Part shown: positions 1 to 10,080 of the stretch, in pieces
Layout of the letters: each line of letters begins with the position of its first letter
Position numbering within the stretch: the first letter of the stretch is position 1
From: Phycisphaerales bacterium
Lineage (GTDB): Bacteria > Planctomycetota > Phycisphaerae > Phycisphaerales > UBA1924
Direction: 5' to 3'
DNA length: 64,000 nt
Assembly (NCBI GenBank): GCA_965228605.1
Contig: OZ245825.1
Span: 735,621 to 799,620 of the forward strand
Notes under the pieces: model-generated
What the model saw: only the letters and a program-made list of their open reading frames with translations
Database searches by the model: none
What the model was told of the DNA's origin: nothing
Position numbers and translations under genes: made by a program

Positions 1-5
1 CTCGT

Positions 6-521
6 GTGGGATCGGGCTCGCGCTTCCTTCTTGGCGCGGTGTTCGGCTCGCTTGTTCTGGCCCTGTTCGCCCAGGTCAGCTTCCCGATCGGGCCAGTCCC
101 GATCACGGGGCAGACGCTCGGCGTGCTCCTGATCGGGGTCATGCTCGGCTCGCGCGGCGCCGCCGCGGCCGCGACGCTCTACCTGATCGAGGGGGCGGCG
201 GGCCTGCCCGTCTTCGCGGGCTTCATTGGAGGCCCCCTCGCGTTTGTCAGCCCCAGCGCGGGCTACCTCCTCGCCTTCGTGCCGGGCGCCTGGCTCGCGG
301 GGTGGTTTGTCGAGCAGCGGTGGAATCGGACCTTCGCCGGTTCGATCGGCGCGATGCTTGGCGTGCACCTGCTCATCCTGGCCGCCGGCGCTGCCTGGCT
401 GACGATGTTCTTCCCGATCGGCGTTGCCGTGCAGACTGGCTTCGTTGTGTTCGTGCCTGTCGCGATGGTGAAGACGCTCCTGGCCCTGCCGGTCTACTGG
501 CGGCCTCGGTGTCGGGTTTGA
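6..521 (+). CDS. bioY: BioY-family biotin transporter membrane component (possibly 5'-truncated by the window edge)
   Basis: Multi-TM protein with the BioY-like motif ITGQTLGVLL and a Gly/Ala-rich hydrophobic profile. GTG start at the window edge. Confidence 0.6.
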   Translation: MGSGSRFLLGAVFGSLVLALFAQVSFPIGPVPITGQTLGVLLIGVMLGSRGAAAAATLYLIEGAAGLPVFAGFIGGPLAFVSPSAGYLLAFVPGAWLAGWFVEQRWNRTFAGSIGAMLGVHLLILAAGAAWLTMFFPIGVAVQTGFVVFVPVAMVKTLLALPVYWRPRCRV

Positions 522-527
522 ACCGCC

Positions 528-1223
528 TCAGCCCCTGACGAGCTCGTCGATCTCGCGGAGCAGCCTGTCCATGTCGCTCAGGGTGTCGGGCTTCTGGCGC
601 TCGAACGCGTTGTAGCTGTCGATGATCTCGCCATCGGGCCCGAAGAGGACGAAGCGGGTCGGGTGGATGATGTTGGTCATGGTGGAGCCGTCGTCGAGGG
701 GGATGGGCGCTGAAGCGCTGTCCAGCGTAAGCGCGAAGCCCAGCGCCTCGACGAGGCGGTTGATCTGCTTCTCATCGCCCGTCAGGAATTGCCAGCGCTG
801 CGTGTCGACACCGCCCAGCTTCGATGCGTATTGGCGGAGCCGCTCGGGTGTGTCGTTGGCCGGGTCGACGGTGATGGAGACGAAGCGCACGGGCAGGCCC
901 GATGTCTGGTTGTAGATGCGCAGCATGTTGCCGCTCATGATGGGGCACGCCATCCGGCAGTGCGAGAACATGAAGTCAAGGACGGTGTAGTGCTCGCCAT
1001 CGGCGAGGTCGGCGTTGGTGAAGGGCTGGGCGTCCTGGTCGATCAGGTCGAGCGGCGGGATCACCACGCCCTTGAGGAAGTCGCGGCGGGCGGCACGTCT
1101 CTCGTCCTCCGTCGGTGGTGGTGGGGTCACATCGCGCGTGATCCGCGTCCACGCGAGCACAGCCATCCCGCCCGAGAGGGTGAGCCCGATCAGCAGGATG
1201 ACAAGGATGATGGCGCGTTGCAT
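528..1223 (-). CDS. SCO1/SenC family copper chaperone (thioredoxin-like, CxxxC = CRMACP)
   Basis: N-terminal TM anchor. Conserved Sco CxxxC motif and a downstream His-containing region. ATG at 1223. Confidence 0.75.
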   Translation of the reverse strand: MQRAIILVILLIGLTLSGGMAVLAWTRITRDVTPPPPTEDERRAARRDFLKGVVIPPLDLIDQDAQPFTNADLADGEHYTVLDFMFSHCRMACPIMSGNMLRIYNQTSGLPVRFVSITVDPANDTPERLRQYASKLGGVDTQRWQFLTGDEKQINRLVEALGFALTLDSASAPIPLDDGSTMTNIIHPTRFVLFGPDGEIIDSYNAFERQKPDTLSDMDRLLREIDELVRG

Positions 1224-1243
1224 GTCGAGTCTCCGTTCGGTCG

Positions 1244-2026
1244 CTACCGCTCACCCGCGGCGCCGATCCTCGATGACCTCCGGCTCATCACGATAGACGC
1301 CCACGCGAACGAAGCGAGGGCGAATGCGCCGGTTGCGAGCCAGTGCCACGCGTGCGCATCGCCCACGCCAATCGATGACGCGATGCAGCGCGTCGCCCAC
1401 GTGAGGGGGTTGATGCTCATGACCGTGGCGAGCCAGGGGGCGGCGCCCGATGGGGGGAACAGTGCGCCGCTCAGGAGCCACATGGGCATGAGCAGGAGCG
1501 TCATGACGCTGTGGAAACTCGCGATCGAGTCGGACCGCCACGCGAGGGCGAGCCCGACGGACACGACCGCGATGCAGACCAGCGCGATGGCGCCGAGCGC
1601 GGCAAGCACGCCCATCGTGCCAGGCCACCCCGTTGCGAGCGCGCCCGCGATCAGGAGCAGCCCGCCCTGGGCCGCGCCGATCAGGGTCCCGCCCGCGACC
1701 TTCGATCCGACGATGGCCCACCCGGGCGTGGCGCTCACGATCACGCCCTGGAGGAAGCCCGCGTGGCGGTCCTGGATGAGCGAGATGGCCGAGAACACGA
1801 CGGAGAACATCACGGTCATGGTGACCACGCCGGGGAGGAGGAACTCGGAGAACGAGGTGGCGTTGTCAGCGCCCCCTCGGAACGAGCCCGATGCGCCCGA
1901 AGCGAGGAAACCCCAGAACAGGAGGGGCGTGCCGATGGTGCCCGCGATGCGCCCCGGCTGGCGGAGGAAGCGGACGAGTTCTCGCGTGGTCAGCGCTGCG
2001 AGCGCTCGCACCGGCGCGATAGTCAT
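1244..2026 (-). CDS. ABC-2 type transporter permease
   Basis: Six-TM ABC-2 permease pattern. The start at 2026 overlaps the stop of the upstream ATPase (ATGA), which suggests translational coupling. The 5' extension in the ORF track (to 2266) is rejected. Confidence 0.65.
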   Translation of the reverse strand: MTIAPVRALAALTTRELVRFLRQPGRIAGTIGTPLLFWGFLASGASGSFRGGADNATSFSEFLLPGVVTMTVMFSVVFSAISLIQDRHAGFLQGVIVSATPGWAIVGSKVAGGTLIGAAQGGLLLIAGALATGWPGTMGVLAALGAIALVCIAVVSVGLALAWRSDSIASFHSVMTLLLMPMWLLSGALFPPSGAAPWLATVMSINPLTWATRCIASSIGVGDAHAWHWLATGAFALASFAWASIVMSRRSSRIGAAGER

Positions 2027-2940
2027 GGCGTGACTCCCGGTATGAGCGGCGCATCGGTGCGCGCCGCGTAGGCATCCGCGAGTGTTGCGCGCCCCATGGT
2101 GACGCGTCCGCCCTCGCTCACGATCCGTTCGCTCAAGCGGGCAAGGTCGTGCGGGTCGCCCGATGCGATGAACTCGTGCGATCCAGCGGAGACGTCGAGC
2201 GATGTCTCGTCGAGCAGATGGCGCCAGGTCGCGTCGGTGCGCAGTGTGGCGTGCCCCGTGCCGCACAACTCCTCCGGGGTGCCGAACGCCACGACGCGGC
2301 CCTCGTGCATCATCGCGACCAGCCCGGCCCGGGCGGCCTCGTCGAACAGGTGTGTGGAAAGGACGACGGTCAGGCCCGCATCGACGCGCCGCCTGATCGC
2401 TTCGAGGAAGGCCTCGCGTGCGCCGGGGTCGAGGCCCGCGGTGGGCTCGTCGAGGAGGAGCAGGTCGGGGTCGTTCATCAGTGCCCGCGCAAGGTCCGCG
2501 CGCCGGGCGAGCCCGCCCGAGAGCGTCGCGACGCGGTCGTCAAGGCGGTCGTCGAGGGCGAGTTCGTCGGCGAGCGCTTCGGCCCGGCGCTTCGAATCGG
2601 CGCGCGTCAGCCCACCGACGGCGCCCTGGAGCATGAGGTTCTCGCGCACGCTCAGCACGCGGTCGAGGCTTGGCGACTGGAAGACCACGCCGAGTCGGGC
2701 GCGGACTGCGTGGGCTTCGCGCGCGGTGTCGAAGCCAAGCGCCCTCGCGCTCCCGCTGGAGGGCGACTCGATCGTCGCGATCGTGCGCAAGAGGGTGGAC
2801 TTGCCCGAGCCGTTCGGGCCCAGAAGGGCGAGCCACGCCCCTACGGGCACGCTCATGGTGACGTCGTGCAGCGCATCGCGGGACGCCTTCGCGTAGCGCT
2901 TGGAGAGGCCCCTCACATCGATGGCGGGACCGGTGCCCAT
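2023..2940 (-). CDS. ABC transporter ATP-binding protein
   Basis: Walker A GPNGSGKST, ABC signature LSGGLARR, Walker B LLLLDEPTAGLD. Confidence 0.85.
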   Translation of the reverse strand: MGTGPAIDVRGLSKRYAKASRDALHDVTMSVPVGAWLALLGPNGSGKSTLLRTIATIESPSSGSARALGFDTAREAHAVRARLGVVFQSPSLDRVLSVRENLMLQGAVGGLTRADSKRRAEALADELALDDRLDDRVATLSGGLARRADLARALMNDPDLLLLDEPTAGLDPGAREAFLEAIRRRVDAGLTVVLSTHLFDEAARAGLVAMMHEGRVVAFGTPEELCGTGHATLRTDATWRHLLDETSLDVSAGSHEFIASGDPHDLARLSERIVSEGGRVTMGRATLADAYAARTDAPLIPGVTP

Positions 2941-3911
2941 CAGGTGAACAGCAGCGCAGTGAGCATGGCGTCGCCCACGACGCCGAAGAGCATGAGAGGG
3001 AGGGCGAGCAGCGACGCGAGGAAGAGCCCCCGTGCGGAGTGGTCGTCACGCTGGCGGGCGAAGCGGACCGACGCACGCACCATGAGCAGGGCCGCGGGGA
3101 CGGTCAGGAGCAACGAAGCCCCCGTGACTTGGCGCTCCGCTGCCATGACTACCACCGCGAGCACGGCGGTCACCACGAGCATGAGCGACCAGGCGACGGA
3201 GCTGTGAGCGGTGCGCTCGCCCGACGGTTGGACGACGGGGAGCACGGCGTAGCCCGCGCGCGAGTACTCCTCGCGGTACCGCCACGACAGCGCCATGACG
3301 TGCGGGATCTGCCAGATCAGCATGATGAGGAAGAGCGCCCACGGCGCGGGCGAGGCGAGCCCGCTCATCGGGGCGAACTGCCACGCCGCGGCGCTCCACC
3401 CGATGACGGGCGGGAGCGCGCCCGGGATGGCGCCGATGATTGTGGCGAGGGGAGTCACGGGCTTGAGCGGTGTGTAGAGGGCGACGTAGATGACGATGGT
3501 GAGCATCGCGGTGCTCGCGGCGATCGGGCCCGCTGTGGGGATCAGGACCGCGGCACCCGCGACGGCCAGCCCGAGCCCGACGAGCCACCCCAGCATCGGT
3601 GAACGTCGCCCGCACGCGATCGGGCGGGTGCGCGTGCGCTCCATCAGGGCGTCGCGTTCCCACTCGGCGGCCTGGTTCATCGCGTTCGCGGCAGCCGCTG
3701 CAGCGCCCACGCCCACGAGGCACGCTACGAGCCTCAGGACGACCTCGCTCCAGGGGAGACGCAGCGAGACCGCGGGAACGGCGAAGCCCAGCGCCGCGGT
3801 GATCAGCACCATGCGAACAATGCCGGGCTTGGTGAGCTCGACCACGTCGCGCCACAGCGCGGCGGCCCCCGAGCGATTCACCGCGACCGAGATGCCTGAT
3901 GCCTGGGTCAT
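2940..3911 (-). CDS. ctaB: Protoheme IX farnesyltransferase (heme O synthase, UbiA family)
   Basis: UbiA-family multi-TM protein. Start taken at internal ATG 3911 (MTQASGISV...). The upstream 118 codons of the ORF are Arg-rich and non-protein-like. The stop overlaps the ATPase start. Confidence 0.75.
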   Translation of the reverse strand: MTQASGISVAVNRSGAAALWRDVVELTKPGIVRMVLITAALGFAVPAVSLRLPWSEVVLRLVACLVGVGAAAAAANAMNQAAEWERDALMERTRTRPIACGRRSPMLGWLVGLGLAVAGAAVLIPTAGPIAASTAMLTIVIYVALYTPLKPVTPLATIIGAIPGALPPVIGWSAAAWQFAPMSGLASPAPWALFLIMLIWQIPHVMALSWRYREEYSRAGYAVLPVVQPSGERTAHSSVAWSLMLVVTAVLAVVVMAAERQVTGASLLLTVPAALLMVRASVRFARQRDDHSARGLFLASLLALPLMLFGVVGDAMLTALLFT

Positions 3912-4090
3912 GGGCTCCTCAGGGATGGGGCGTCGTCCGACGTGGCAGGAAAGATTCCTGCATGCCGAGACACGCGAGTATATCCACGAGGTCCCGAAGA
4001 GGTGCTCGCTGACCGGAGCCCAAAACGCCAACAGGGCCGGCGAGGGGACCGGCCCTGTGGCAACAACTCCGCCTTGTCGAACACTCCCGA

Positions 4091-4795
4091 TCAGGCGCGG
4101 CGGCGGCGAACGCCCGCGATGCCCGCGAGCGCGGCGAGCCCAACGGCTCCCGGCGTCGGAACGGGCAGCACCTCGAGCGTGCCGGTGAAGGCGCTGTTGG
4201 CCTCGAAATCGGTGAAGAAGCCACCTTCGTTGATCACGGTCGAGGTGATCGCGGTAATGGTCCACGCGGCATCGACCGCGCCGCCCGCGACGAGGCCCTG
4301 GGTCGCGAGCGCCGAGGCGATCGCATCGCCCACGGTGTACTCGAGCGAGCCGCCCGGCGCCGTCGAGTTGGCGTTGAGCGTCGCGGACGTGGTGAGCATG
4401 GTGAGGTCGGCGCCGAAGGGCTTCTCCGCCGCGTTGCCGTAGGTCCCCGCGAGGATGAGGTTGTCATCGGCATCGCGGATCTCGAAGGTGGCGTTGAAGA
4501 CCTCGGCGGCGAAGATGGTGCCCGGGACGAGCTCGGTGACGTCGCTCACCGCGGCGGTCTTGGTGATGGTCGCGCCGGGGAACGTCAGGACGCCCAGGCC
4601 CTCTTCTGTGAGGTCCACCTGGAAGTCGATCGCGGTGTCGATCAGGAGCGAGCCGTAGATGTCGCCATCCGTCGGGGCGAAGTACTTCAGCTCGCGGTCG
4701 CCCGCGGGGTCCTGGTACGTGGTGAAGATGGCGCCGTTGGCCGAGGCCGCAAGCCCCGCAGAGGCCACCATACCGATCAATGCAAAGCGCTTCAT
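4091..4795 (-). CDS. Secreted protein with C-terminal PEP-CTERM-like sorting signal (VPTPG...RRRRA)
   Basis: Signal peptide, Thr/Gly/Ala-rich body. C-terminus is VPTPGAVGLAALAGIAGVRRRRA (TM helix plus basic tail). Confidence 0.7.
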   Translation of the reverse strand: MKRFALIGMVASAGLAASANGAIFTTYQDPAGDRELKYFAPTDGDIYGSLLIDTAIDFQVDLTEEGLGVLTFPGATITKTAAVSDVTELVPGTIFAAEVFNATFEIRDADDNLILAGTYGNAAEKPFGADLTMLTTSATLNANSTAPGGSLEYTVGDAIASALATQGLVAGGAVDAAWTITAITSTVINEGGFFTDFEANSAFTGTLEVLPVPTPGAVGLAALAGIAGVRRRRA

Positions 4796-5001
4796 CTCTC
4801 ACCCCCCCAAGGGTTCATGTGCCTGTGGTTGCGATACACCTTCAACGTACGCCCGATCCGGGCATTGGCGAGTGCGGAGGGCGAGCGGGAACCGAATCGG
4901 TTCGGATTGTGCGGGCGCGCCTGGGTTTCGGGACCCCTCGGGCGCGGTTATGGGTCATCGCCCCGTCCGCAAACGCGGCACAGGCGTACCCTTGCACGAA
5001 T

Positions 5002-5075
<74 letters not shown>

Positions 5076-5333
5076 TTGGGCGGGCAGGGGTGGTGGGGTG
5101 GGCGGGGCTTCGCCCTCACCCTGAGCGAGGTGGCACTGCGCTCCCGCGCTCGCGGCGCGACCTCTCAGTCGCAAGACGGATTCGCGCGGCGCCGACCGCC
5201 ATGGCGTGGGCGCGCAGAGAAGCCCCCCAAGCCGCCGGGGGTGGCTTGGGGGACACGCAGGAGGTACTGAGGCTTGTTGGCTCGTGGGGCAGTCGCATGT
5301 TGCGCCACGAGCGTGCGGTGTACCTGGGGAGAG

Positions 5334-6146
5334 TCAGCTGGTGCGCCGGCGCCTGCGGGCCGTGAGCATGCCGCTCAGGCCGACCAGGGCGAGCGAGCCT
5401 GGCGTCGGCACGGTCTGCGTGGGGATCGCGCCCGAGTCGAACCAGCCCTGCTGCTTGAACGACCAGTTGGTGAGTTCGCCCTCGGTGTACACGGCGCCGG
5501 GCTTGCTGTCGCTCGTGCCCTTGAAGGAGTGCATCCAGATGCCGATCTCCTCGGCGAATGCGACGCCCGTCCACGGGTCGTTGTCGGGATCGGGGTAGAG
5601 CGGGTCGCGCCCATTGATCGTGGAAGCGTCGATCGAGAAGCTGAAGATGCGCTTGCCGCCGACGTCGGTGACCGAGGCGTCGTAGACCCAACCGCCATCG
5701 AGGCGCGAGGTGTCGATCAGGTCGGGGGTCTGGTTGCCCGCGACGGTGGAATCACCATCCTTGTAGCTTGAAGCGTTGTTGAAGCCGTTGTAGCCGTAGG
5801 CCGCGAGGTCGAGCGAGCCGGAGTCGTCGGGGTTGATGGAGGCGTAGATGAGCGCCATCTGGCCCGGGTTGTTCTTGGGGTTCTCGCCGCCGTTGACCGC
5901 GAGCGTGAGGCCCTGGGTGACCTGGTTCCCGAAGGTGACGGTCCACTCGAAGCGGTTGGTGGAGGGTGTGAACGAGCCGGCGATGGACTCGATCTGGCCG
6001 GCGTTGTGGCTCTCACCCCCGTAGGGGATGTTGCCCGAGCCGTCGGCGACGAGTTCGAACTGGTGGGAGATCGCCGCCTCGGCGTTGTGCTGGAGCGCCC
6101 CGATCGCGCCACCCGCGACCGCCATCATGAAAGCTACTTTGCCCAT
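5334..6146 (-). CDS. Secreted protein with C-terminal PEP-CTERM-like sorting signal (VPTPGSLALVGLSGMLTARRRRR)
   Basis: Signal peptide, Gly/Asn/Asp-rich beta-rich body. Same VPTPG-TM-Arg tail as the 4091..4795 gene. Confidence 0.7.
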   Translation of the reverse strand: MGKVAFMMAVAGGAIGALQHNAEAAISHQFELVADGSGNIPYGGESHNAGQIESIAGSFTPSTNRFEWTVTFGNQVTQGLTLAVNGGENPKNNPGQMALIYASINPDDSGSLDLAAYGYNGFNNASSYKDGDSTVAGNQTPDLIDTSRLDGGWVYDASVTDVGGKRIFSFSIDASTINGRDPLYPDPDNDPWTGVAFAEEIGIWMHSFKGTSDSKPGAVYTEGELTNWSFKQQGWFDSGAIPTQTVPTPGSLALVGLSGMLTARRRRRTS

Positions 6147-6325
6147 TTCTCATCCTCCTGATCTTGCGTTGTGCGATGCGGTGCGTTGGCCACCGCACCC
6201 ACACCATGCCCTATCGCGGGGAGGGTGCGAGGCGCGAGCGCGTGGAGTTCAGTCTGTGACGGCGCGCCGGTTCGGCGGGCGCGGGACGCGCGGCCTAGTC
6301 CGGTCCGATCACACGGCCGCCGGCC

Positions 6326-6688
6326 TCAAGGGCGCCACACCGCGGCGCACCCCGGCGCTTCGGTCACGCGCACACTGGCGACATGAACGCCCTCTGGGAG
6401 TCGCTCTCCCAGAACACGCCCGATATGCAGCGCGACATGCTCCGCGGTGGGGTTCAGGTCGATGAACGGCGGCGTCGCGTTCAGGTCCGCGTTGTGGAAC
6501 GGCGCGACGATCTCGCGCAGCGCCCGCTCAACCGCGTGGAAGTCGACCAGGAGCCCGTCCTCATCAAGGGCGTCGCCCCGCACCACCGCGGTCACGTGCC
6601 AGTCGTGGCCGTGCACGGGCTCGCGCTGGCCCGCGATGACGATCGCGTGCGCCGCGGAAAACGTCGCCTGAACTTCGAGGTCGAACAT
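6326..6688 (-). CDS. queD: 6-carboxy-5,6,7,8-tetrahydropterin synthase (6-pyruvoyl-tetrahydropterin synthase family)
   Basis: 120-aa protein with the CxxxHGH-type motif (AHAIVIAGQREPVHGHDWHV). It occupies only the 3' end of the long ORF 6326..8302. ATG at 6688. Confidence 0.75.
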   Translation of the reverse strand: MFDLEVQATFSAAHAIVIAGQREPVHGHDWHVTAVVRGDALDEDGLLVDFHAVERALREIVAPFHNADLNATPPFIDLNPTAEHVALHIGRVLGERLPEGVHVASVRVTEAPGCAAVWRP

Positions 6689-6739
6689 GGTCCGATTGTA
6701 GGGGGGTGGGGCGGGCGAACCCGTCGGGTGGCGGCCCGT

Positions 6740-8173
6740 ATGATCGCCACCATGACGAACCATACGCCAACTCCCGCGCCCCTCATGCTCTCGGTCAGCG
6801 GGTGCAGGGGGATTGTCGGGCGGAGCCTCACGCCTGAGGTTGTCGCCCGTTTCGCCGCCGCGTTCGCACGCTGGGTCGGTCAGGGCGGGGCGTCCGCTCG
6901 CCCGCGCATCGTGGTCGGGCGCGACGGACGCCAGGGAGGCGATGCGATCGCCCGGTGCGCCATCGCATCGCTCGCGGCGGCGGGGTGCGACGTGGTCGAC
7001 ATCGGCGTGGCCACGACCCCCACCGTCGGGCTCATGGTCCGCGAGATCGGCGCGCAGGGCGGGCTCAGCATCACCGCCTCGCACAACCCTGCGGAGTGGA
7101 ACGGGCTCAAGCCGATCACATCGGAGGGGCGCGCCCCCGCGAAGCGCGATGCGGAAGCCCTCATCGCGGCCATCCGCTCGCCCGACCCGATCCCGACCGC
7201 GACGCCCGGCGAAATGGGTGAGGCCGCGCCCGATGCGAGCGCCGGCGACCGCCACGTGGCGAGCGTGCTCAGTGCGATCGAGCGGGTCTGCCCGATCGAC
7301 ACGATCAAAGCCAAGCGGTTCCGGGTGGCCCTCGACTCGGTCAACGCATCGGGCGCGCGCGTCGGCGCACGCCTGCTCGAAGCACTCGGGTGTGAGTTGA
7401 CCCACCTCCACGCCGAGGAGTCGGGCGTCTTCCCCCACACCCCCGAGCCGACGCGCGAGAACCTCAAGGGGCTCTGCGAAGCGGTGCGAACCATGGGCGC
7501 CCAGGCGGCGTTCGCGCAAGACCCGGACGCCGACCGCCTCGCGATCATCGATGGATCGGGCGCGTACCTCGGCGAGGAATACACGCTCGTCATCGCGGCG
7601 ATGAGCCTGCTCTCCGCCATGCCCAAGGAGGAAGCGGCTCGCGCGACGGTCGTCGCGAACCTCTCTACCTCGCGGATGATCGACGACGTCGCGGCGACCT
7701 TCGGCGCGCGTGTCGTGCGGGCCGCGGTGGGTGAGGCCAACGTCGTGGAGGCGATGAGCGCAAACGGGTCGGTGCTCGCGGGTGAGGGCAATGGGGGGGT
7801 GATCTGGCCCGAGGTGGTGCCCATCCGCGACAGCCTCGTCGCGATGGCGCTCACGCTCGCGCTGCTCGCGCGGGACGGGCGCACGCTTGGCGAGATCGTC
7901 GCGGACGTGCCCCGCTACGCGATCGTGAAGCGGAAGCTCGATATCGCGCCGGGCATGGCGGACGCGGCGATGAGCGCCACGGAGCGCGCCTTCCCCGGTG
8001 CCGCGATCGACCGCCAGGATGGCGTCCGCGCCGACTTCGCGGTCGAGGAGGGGCGGGCGTGGGTGCATGTGCGCCCATCGAACACGGAGCCGATCCTGCG
8101 CCTGATCGCGGAGGCGCCAAGCGAAGCCGCAGCAAACGAGGCGCTCGACAGGGTGCAAGGCGCGATCGCCTGA
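6740..8173 (+). CDS. Phosphoglucomutase/phosphomannomutase family protein (alpha-D-phosphohexomutase)
   Basis: Active-site loop TASHNPAEWNG and the four-domain PGM/PMM layout. Start taken at ATG 6740 (MIATMTNH...). The upstream part of the ORF is Arg-rich noise. Confidence 0.8.
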   Translation: MIATMTNHTPTPAPLMLSVSGCRGIVGRSLTPEVVARFAAAFARWVGQGGASARPRIVVGRDGRQGGDAIARCAIASLAAAGCDVVDIGVATTPTVGLMVREIGAQGGLSITASHNPAEWNGLKPITSEGRAPAKRDAEALIAAIRSPDPIPTATPGEMGEAAPDASAGDRHVASVLSAIERVCPIDTIKAKRFRVALDSVNASGARVGARLLEALGCELTHLHAEESGVFPHTPEPTRENLKGLCEAVRTMGAQAAFAQDPDADRLAIIDGSGAYLGEEYTLVIAAMSLLSAMPKEEAARATVVANLSTSRMIDDVAATFGARVVRAAVGEANVVEAMSANGSVLAGEGNGGVIWPEVVPIRDSLVAMALTLALLARDGRTLGEIVADVPRYAIVKRKLDIAPGMADAAMSATERAFPGAAIDRQDGVRADFAVEEGRAWVHVRPSNTEPILRLIAEAPSEAAANEALDRVQGAIA

Positions 8174-8261
8174 TGCGCCACTGCCTGTCGGCGGCTCACA
8201 GCTCGACAACCATCTCGTGAAAGCACTGAGGACCGGTCCGGGCACACGCCCTCGACCCAAA

Positions 8262-8345
8262 TGCGGGCGACAGGAATCGAACCTGCACGTCCTCTCGGAC
8301 ACGGGAACCTAAATCCCGCGCGTCTGCCAGTTCCGCCACGCCCGC
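8262..8345 (-). tRNA. tRNA-Leu (anticodon TAG), class II
   Basis: The reverse complement gives acceptor GCGGGCG, anticodon loop TTTAGGT, a long variable arm and T-arm GTTCGATTCC. Confidence 0.8.
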
Positions 8346-8506
8346 TAAGTCGCCAGCATAGAGCGCCCGGCCCGCGCAGGTCCCCGATGCGCCACCGTAG
8401 TCCCTTGCAAACGCCGTTCCGCCGCGATAGGCCAGCCCTGGTCGGACCGAGGGTGCAGGCGTGGGGGCCACATACTGGGCCCCTTCTTCGAGTGAGGTGC
8501 CACAGT

Positions 8507-10077
8507 ATGACCCACAACGCCATTCCGGTCGAACGCCGACGGGGCATCGCGCTGATGCTCGTCATGCTCGTCATGGGTGCCGCAGTCATTATGGCAGCGG
8601 CGTTCCTGAGCTTCGAGCCCACCGCCACCGTCTCGGCGGACCGCGCCCTCGAGGACGTCCAGTCGCACTGGGCGGCGGAGGGCGCTGCCAATCAGGCGGT
8701 GGCCCTCTTCGAGTCGGGCGTCTCCGCCTCGACCAACGCGGGCGACATGATGACCGCGGCCACCCGGGGTGCCGCGACGTCGACGTCAAGATCACCAACA
8801 TGTCGGGCGATCCACCCACCGACGACGACCGCGACCTCCTCCTCTTTGCCACCGCGGACGTCAACGGCATGAAGCGGCGTGTCGCACGCCAGGTGTCGCT
8901 GCCGGTGGCCGTCGCGGACGCCTACGACGCGGTCGACCCCTACCTCAGAGAGTTCGCGGCGTTCGCGACTGATCTCTACCGCACCGACGTTGGCTCATCA
9001 CTCGGGCTCTGGGCCCTTGACCCGAAGGTGGGGGTTGAAAAGGACATCAACATCGGTGTCAACTTCGCGAGCCCGACGCAACTCGCCGTGGCGGCCACCG
9101 CGCCCTCCAACACCGCCTACTTCGCGGATTCGACCGCGAGCCCCCTGCTCGAACTGGCCTTCACCGTGCTTGACGTGCTCGGGCGTGGCTACGTCATCGA
9201 CGCCAAGATCCCAGTGGTGTGCGGCGCGCTGTCTTCGGACATCACCGCCCTCACGACCGTCGGCACGCCGATCAGCAACTCGGGCATCGGGCGCGACAGG
9301 ACGGTCCTCACGGGAGGCGTCTATGCCGCCGCGAACATCGCCTCCGATGCGATCACACGCTTCGACGCCTCTGTCGCTCCTGCCTACCAACTCGCGACTC
9401 TGAACATCACGACACGTGGCGCCGTCGTCATTCACGGCGATGTCACGATCCACGTCGCGGGCGATGTCACGATCCAGAACGGCGGAATCCTCGCGTTGGG
9501 CGACGACGATGCCCGCCTCACGCTGCTCGTCGATGGCGACTTCATCGTCGACAACGCGACGATCGGGGTGCCGCTCGCGCTGGCCCAGTCGGGGCGGGGC
9601 ATCGCGGACATGACCGAGTGGGTGAACCCCGATCGCATCCGGATCGTCCATGTCCGCGTTCCGGATGGTGGCGACCCAAACCCCAACTGGTGGATCAGCA
9701 ACGGCGCATCGGTGGTCGCGAACCTCCACGGCGCAATGGCGGACTTCCAACTCAGCAACGCGACACTCGCGGGCCGCGTGACGGCAGGCGATGTCGTGCT
9801 CGCGATCGGCGGCCAACTGCTCTACTCGCCAAGCCTGAACCCGGGCGTCGGCTTCACCTCGCCCGGTAGCCCGCTCTTCGCGTCACCCGGGTCAGTCACG
9901 TCGGGTGTCGCAGGCGTCCTGAATGCGGCGCTGCCCGCTGATGGTCTTGTGGCCTACGAGGCGGCTCTGCGGGGTGTGCCCATATCGGGCTCGACAACCG
10001 TGATGAGCAAGCGGATCGACGCGGACGCCGCGGAGATCGAGAACCGCGAGTCACTCGCAGATGCCGCGGCCGACTGA
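8507..10077 (+). CDS. Membrane-anchored or secreted protein with parallel beta-helix-like repeats. Apparent frameshift near 8765.
   Basis: ATG 8507 opens MTHNAIPVERRRGIALMLVMLVMGAAVIM (TM or pilin-like N-terminus) in frame 2. The coherent reading continues in frame 1 from about 8770 (…DVDVKITNMSGDPPTDDD…) to 10077. The C-terminal half has repeats of the form GDVTIHVAGDVTIQNGG. Confidence 0.5.
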
Positions 10078-10080
10078 TGG

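Noticed and set aside
6689-8302. Long antisense ORF (658 aa) covering the phosphohexomutase gene
   Set aside because: Only its last 120 codons (queD) are protein-like. The rest is Arg/His/Asp-rich shadow typical of high-GC DNA, and the opposite-strand gene has clear conserved motifs.
8461-8872. Treating 8461..10077 and 8261..8872 as two independent overlapping genes
   Set aside because: Peptide continuity across the frame junction (…MMTAATRGAA / DVDVKITNMSGD…) makes a single frameshifted gene more likely. The 8261 start lies inside the tRNA-Leu gene.
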